A DNA stretch of 64,000 nucleotides, taken from a virus (lineage: Duplodnaviria > Caudoviricetes). Below, in pieces: positions 59,642 through 64,000 of this stretch. The first letter of the stretch is position 1; each line of letters starts with the position of its first letter. Location: the IMG/VR virus record IMGVR_UViG_3300027819_000006; one strand, given 5' to 3'. The position numbers were made by a program, and so were the translations under genes. The notes under the pieces are model-generated. The model saw only the letters and a program-made list of their open reading frames with translations. It did no database searches and had not been told where the DNA came from.

Positions 59642-59653
59642 TTATTCTCTGCA

Positions 59654-60847
59654 CTAATTGATAAACTGATGTTTGCTTAAATGATCTTCTAACTGCGTTT
59701 TATATGTGTCTAGCAACTGAGTCAATATCTCACTTTCAAATAAAACTGTATCTATAGTTCCTGCTGCATCATCTAATATAGTTACTTCTCTTGCTGGTAC
59801 AGCTGTAGTTACATTAATATTCCTTGTACCTTCTTTGCCAATATCTATAGTATATGTTGTATTGCTAGTATATGCTGGGAAAACATGTGTATGATTCTTT
59901 AACAGAGTAATGATGTCGCTGTTATTTTTCATTACTGTCTGCAGCAGAAGCATGATATTGTTTAAGAATAAATTCTGTTTTTCTCCAAGCACTTGTCTAA
60001 ATAATTGTTTCTCTGATTCTTTAGAAGTAGAAATATTATATATTTCTTCTGATTGATTTAATATTATATTTCTGTCTGTGTCATCATCTATTTCATTTAT
60101 AGCTGGAGTTTCTGCTAATGTAGCATTAAGAGATACTTTTATTTTCTTGAAATTAATAACATCTTTAATTTTAGACAGAGCTAAATGGATAGTTTTAGTT
60201 AAAGTTTTTCCTATGCTGACTGAAGTATTAGTCAGAGCAGGATATTTTATTGCATCTTTTATCCCTGATTCAAGTATTCCTTGCTTATTATTAGGATTGA
60301 AAGAATGTCTGATATAACTGCCAGATCTACCTTGCTGAAATACATCTCCGTTTCTGACTGGTATAGAGAATATAATTCTTTCTTTCTGAGGGCCGGCTTG
60401 TTCTATAGATTCTAATGTAAAATCAAATCCATATTTCTGTAAAGGAGTTCCATTGAGATAAGTTCTAGCTAAATACTTGTTCAGATTGTTGTTGTCATTT
60501 ACTCTACATATCCAAAACCCATTAGCATTTATATCATCAGACTCTTTCAGTATCCATATTTCTTCACCAGGTTCTGGTAGTTCTAAACTATGTATTGGAA
60601 ATAAAGGAGGGTACCATTTTCTGACATCTGATAGTGGACTTCTTGTGTTTACATCTTCTCCAATAATCTTGGCATATATACTGAATGGTGGCACGAAAGA
60701 AGCATTTGTTCCATTGTCTATATTTTTCAGAACATCTATGACAATTCCTTTATATAATATAAATATAACGGAGTTAGCAGATCTTGCACTTGCATATGTT
60801 TCTTTGACAAACTTTGTTCCTGGATACAGAATGTTTCTAATTTGCAT
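59654..60847 (-). CDS. Baseplate hub/spike gp5-like protein (OB-fold N-terminus, H-x-H tip motif)
   Basis: PL.P....LPEPGE.IW, GD....GRSGS.IR, NHTH near the C-terminus; adjacent to gp25. Confidence 0.55.
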   Translation of the reverse strand: MQIRNILYPGTKFVKETYASARSANSVIFILYKGIVIDVLKNIDNGTNASFVPPFSIYAKIIGEDVNTRSPLSDVRKWYPPLFPIHSLELPEPGEEIWILKESDDINANGFWICRVNDNNNLNKYLARTYLNGTPLQKYGFDFTLESIEQAGPQKERIIFSIPVRNGDVFQQGRSGSYIRHSFNPNNKQGILESGIKDAIKYPALTNTSVSIGKTLTKTIHLALSKIKDVINFKKIKVSLNATLAETPAINEIDDDTDRNIILNQSEEIYNISTSKESEKQLFRQVLGEKQNLFLNNIMLLLQTVMKNNSDIITLLKNHTHVFPAYTSNTTYTIDIGKEGTRNINVTTAVPAREVTILDDAAGTIDTVLFESEILTQLLDTYKTQLEDHLSKHQFIN

Positions 60848-61074
60848 TTTCTATTTTCTCTGTCTTCAATTCAATTCCCATCAATTTCAATTCTGAACAA
60901 ACATCTGATAATTCTTTTCTACAATTTGCCAATTTGATCACTTCTTTTTCTAAAGTATATAAAAAATGTTCATTTGCAGGGTTTAAATCAGAAATACTCT
61001 TGATTAAAGAATCTATGATTAGGAGATGCTCTTCATAGTTTCTCATCAGTTCAGAGAACCTTTCCAGTGTTTCT

Positions 61075-61794
61075 TTAGAGTTCATAGTCTATTGATTTCA
61101 ATTCTTCTTCTGTTGCTTCATGAAATTCTCTAGAGTTCATGTAGTCAGCTCTCGCTTTTTCATATAGAGATTTTATTTTCTTAACAGATTTAGTAATCTT
61201 TCTAGTAGGGAGGTTTGTAGCTTCTCGAATATAAATATATAGTTGTTTTTTATTGAAGATGTCAAAATTGAAGGTATATTCTTTCAGAATAACTTCTATA
61301 ATGTCAAGAACTACATAATCTTCTGGATCTAATTCAGACTTATATGTCTTGATATGAAAGATAATAGCAGCCATGAATTCTCGTATATCATCTCTGCTCT
61401 TATTCTCATTATGTCTATGAACACTGATGTCATGCAATATCTTTAGCTTGTTCTCATCATCTATATCATAATGATTTTTGTTCTTCTTGTACTCTTGTAT
61501 TAGCCAATTTTTAGCAATAGTGCCGAAATAAGAAAAAGATTTGAATCCTTTAGTAGGATCAAATTTATCAAGTCTTTCATATAGATATAGTAGTAAATCT
61601 TTCTTAACATAATCATAGTTTTTTACAGTTCTGTTAAAGTTGTATGTGAAGTATATGTTCTCTATCAGTTTTTCTAATTTGCTATGAATATTTTTTTGAT
61701 ATATAGAATGTTTTAATTCTGTTGTATCTGCTGCAATGTAATTTTTAATAGCTTCTTCTTCATCACTACCCCAGTACATTTTTCCTTCTGCCAC
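61075..61794 (-). CDS. Sigma-factor-like protein (region 2 only; T4 gp55-like)
   Basis: L.KFDP.KG.K.FSYF..IAKNWLI region-2 pattern. Confidence 0.7.
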   Translation of the reverse strand: MAEGKMYWGSDEEEAIKNYIAADTTELKHSIYQKNIHSKLEKLIENIYFTYNFNRTVKNYDYVKKDLLLYLYERLDKFDPTKGFKSFSYFGTIAKNWLIQEYKKNKNHYDIDDENKLKILHDISVHRHNENKSRDDIREFMAAIIFHIKTYKSELDPEDYVVLDIIEVILKEYTFNFDIFNKKQLYIYIREATNLPTRKITKSVKKIKSLYEKARADYMNSREFHEATEEELKSIDYEL

Positions 61795-61862
61795 TAATTG
61801 TCCTCGTTCATAAATTGTTCGATGCTAAATTATTTTTAATCTAAATTTGAAGCATTTTAAAC

Positions 61863-64000
61863 TCATGCTGTCTGATCCATCCCACCTGGATTTGTGGGTT
61901 CTACTGTAGTAGAGTTCATTGGAGAGTCTGCAGGTAAACTGCTATATCTTTGAGCTGAACTATCTACTGTAGGATTATTTTTGTCATATGTAGTAGATTT
62001 TTCTACTGTGTTACTAATTAATGATGGAGATATTAATCTTGCTTCTATTACAGTAGAGAATGTACCTAAGTCTAGTTGCTCTGTAAGCTGAGTAATGTTA
62101 TATATTCCAGATAGATTATCTATAACTCCTTTAAGTATTATGGCATTGTAAGGTTCTAATCCTACAGTGCCATGTATAGTTATAGTAGTTTGCTTCAAAT
62201 AATAACCCATTAGTCTAGCAAATAGATCATTTTCATCTAAAGATGCTTGCACTACGTTAGCATATCTGACAGTATTTTGTTGAATAAATCTTTCTAATAG
62301 AGTGGTGTCATTCTGTGCTCTTATTATAGCATCTGAATTAGATATATCTTTACTATTTATATCCAATTTGACAAAGTTGAAAAAATCTTTAGCTATTGTA
62401 GAACTTAAATCTGCTTTTTCTCCTATCAGTCCTAAATTTGTCAATATTTTTGTGGTAGCTGCAGCTGTGTCCTGCTGAGTATCTCCAAATATGATTGGAA
62501 GATTGTACACATCCATAGCATTTGGATCTAATTTAGATGACAAGTCTATAGTTTCACATAATGAACCTCTAGTACCAAACTCTATTGTAAATACATTTTC
62601 TTGCTGAGCCATTTTTTTAGCATCTATTCCTATTATAGATATAGATACTTTGTTATTCATAAATGCTAAAGCTAAAGTTAATCCCTTTGGGCTATCTATA
62701 ATGTCAGAATCTGTTAATGCTCTAACTACATCTAATAATGAAGCAACAGAATTTGTAAATATTTTCTTCACTTTATCTGCATTCAACATAAAATCTTCTG
62801 CAGTTTTAGGAGTTGTTGCTATTTGAGAAGAAGGATATTCAAAAGCTAAATCTAAATAAGAATGAGATGCTGTATTTATAGGAACAGCTGTAGAAGTTTG
62901 TTGCTGCTTTAATGAAAGCTCTAAAGCATTTACTTGATCTGTAAATTCTTTTTCTGTTATAACACTTGAATCTGCTTGCTGTACTAAATCTTGATATTGT
63001 TGTGTTTGAGTAACATCTATTTGAGCTGTAGAGACTGAAGGCGTGGCTGGAATTCCAGTGTTTGCTTCATGAACAGCAGTTTGAATTTGATCAAATACAT
63101 CTTTTAATCTGTAATGAGTAATTACAGCTTGACTTGTAGTAGGACTGACAGGGTCTGTAAATGTTTTAACTTTTGCAGAATCATTTAAATTTGTAAGAAC
63201 AGATTTAGATATATTAGCCATTTTTATAAATGATAATAATCCCTGATTTGGAGACATAAATTCTAATGTTCCATTCATATGCCCTACTTCATCAAAGCTA
63301 AAATTATATCTGTATAATCTGAACAGCATTGCTCTCCAATAACCAAAATTTATTTCATCTAGATCTATGGACAGATTATTAGGAGTATTCTCAAAATTTG
63401 GAGGGTTTGTAAATTGCAATCCTTCAGAAGATGACCAGCCATAAGATACTAGAAATAGAGAGTTTAGTGTAATTAAATTATTCAACTCTACTCTGTCTTT
63501 GAATATGTTTATATCTGTGATTGTAACACTCATTGTAGCTGAATAGTTATGCTGGGCACCTCTAGTGATACTAAAAGATGTAATTCCTTCTCCACCTCTT
63601 TGGTTAAGAGTATTTAGTTGAGATTCTATTCCTAATATTGGAACAAATTTAAATTCAATAGATGTCTGTCCCGATAAAATAGATTTAAAGTCGGCATTAG
63701 ATGCATTGAATTTATCGTCTATAACAGAGTTACTAAATTGATTGACTGTAGTTCCTTTTATAGATATTGGTTTCAATCTGCTTACTAATTGCTGCCACTT
63801 ATTTGTATTAGCAGCAACTCTAGTTAACTCTGTAACATCTTTGCTATCATATAAGGCAAGTAAATTTATAAATGGAGACAGTTTAGATAAATTCAAAGAA
63901 CCCATAGAAAGTTTAGACTTCCAACCTGCAACCAGTTTATCATTTGCATTTTGTAAATCTTTGCTTCCAGGTAGAGTTACTGGTCGAGCATATGTATTTA
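61863..64000 (-). CDS. Baseplate hub-like protein (gp27/late-control-D-like C-terminus); 5'-partial, the frame stays open to the window end
   Basis: ITIHG.VG...I.L......SG.Y.I......L....F.T.IEA; the frame upstream of ATG 63905 has no stop up to 64000. Confidence 0.5.
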   Translation of the reverse strand, partial: NTYARPVTLPGSKDLQNANDKLVAGWKSKLSMGSLNLSKLSPFINLLALYDSKDVTELTRVAANTNKWQQLVSRLKPISIKGTTVNQFSNSVIDDKFNASNADFKSILSGQTSIEFKFVPILGIESQLNTLNQRGGEGITSFSITRGAQHNYSATMSVTITDINIFKDRVELNNLITLNSLFLVSYGWSSSEGLQFTNPPNFENTPNNLSIDLDEINFGYWRAMLFRLYRYNFSFDEVGHMNGTLEFMSPNQGLLSFIKMANISKSVLTNLNDSAKVKTFTDPVSPTTSQAVITHYRLKDVFDQIQTAVHEANTGIPATPSVSTAQIDVTQTQQYQDLVQQADSSVITEKEFTDQVNALELSLKQQQTSTAVPINTASHSYLDLAFEYPSSQIATTPKTAEDFMLNADKVKKIFTNSVASLLDVVRALTDSDIIDSPKGLTLALAFMNNKVSISIIGIDAKKMAQQENVFTIEFGTRGSLCETIDLSSKLDPNAMDVYNLPIIFGDTQQDTAAATTKILTNLGLIGEKADLSSTIAKDFFNFVKLDINSKDISNSDAIIRAQNDTTLLERFIQQNTVRYANVVQASLDENDLFARLMGYYLKQTTITIHGTVGLEPYNAIILKGVIDNLSGIYNITQLTEQLDLGTFSTVIEARLISPSLISNTVEKSTTYDKNNPTVDSSAQRYSSLPADSPMNSTTVEPTNPGGMDQTA

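Noticed and set aside
166-60896. All plus-strand ORFs in the track
   Set aside because: Antisense shadows of minus-strand genes (hydrophobic, Phe/Ile/Leu/Ser-rich, no motifs, no RBS); none supported as genes.

Overview
AT-rich segment of a large (jumbo/huge) contractile-tailed bacteriophage genome; every credible gene is on the minus strand. About 1-33 kb is an accessory region: a solo TnpB, DNA topoisomerase IB (intact plus a truncated 5' copy), a heptose/deoxysugar glycosylation cluster (gmhA, hddA, RfaE-II type nucleotidyltransferase, two epimerases, rmlC/rmlD-like, several glycosyltransferases and methyltransferases), free-standing endonucleases, and many small ORFans. About 33-64 kb is a virion/baseplate module (LamG proteins, gp6/J-, gp25-, gp5-, hub-like genes, sigma-like factor) interleaved with small MKLKxLLE-leader proteins. 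Features not shown by the ORF track: (1) four unrelated nuclease genes (TnpB and three endonucleases) share a leader with the same interleaved inverted-repeat architecture but different sequence; (2) ten otherwise unrelated ORFs carry the same 15-aa CxC-x4-L-x3-GCxC motif, nine near the C-terminus; (3) one structural gene is split by two ORF-less group I introns and sits next to a decayed endonuclease; (4) two endonucleases are each preceded by a truncated, diverged 5' copy of the gene that follows them. No tRNA, rRNA or CRISPR array was seen. All family calls are from motif recognition by eye; no database search was run.
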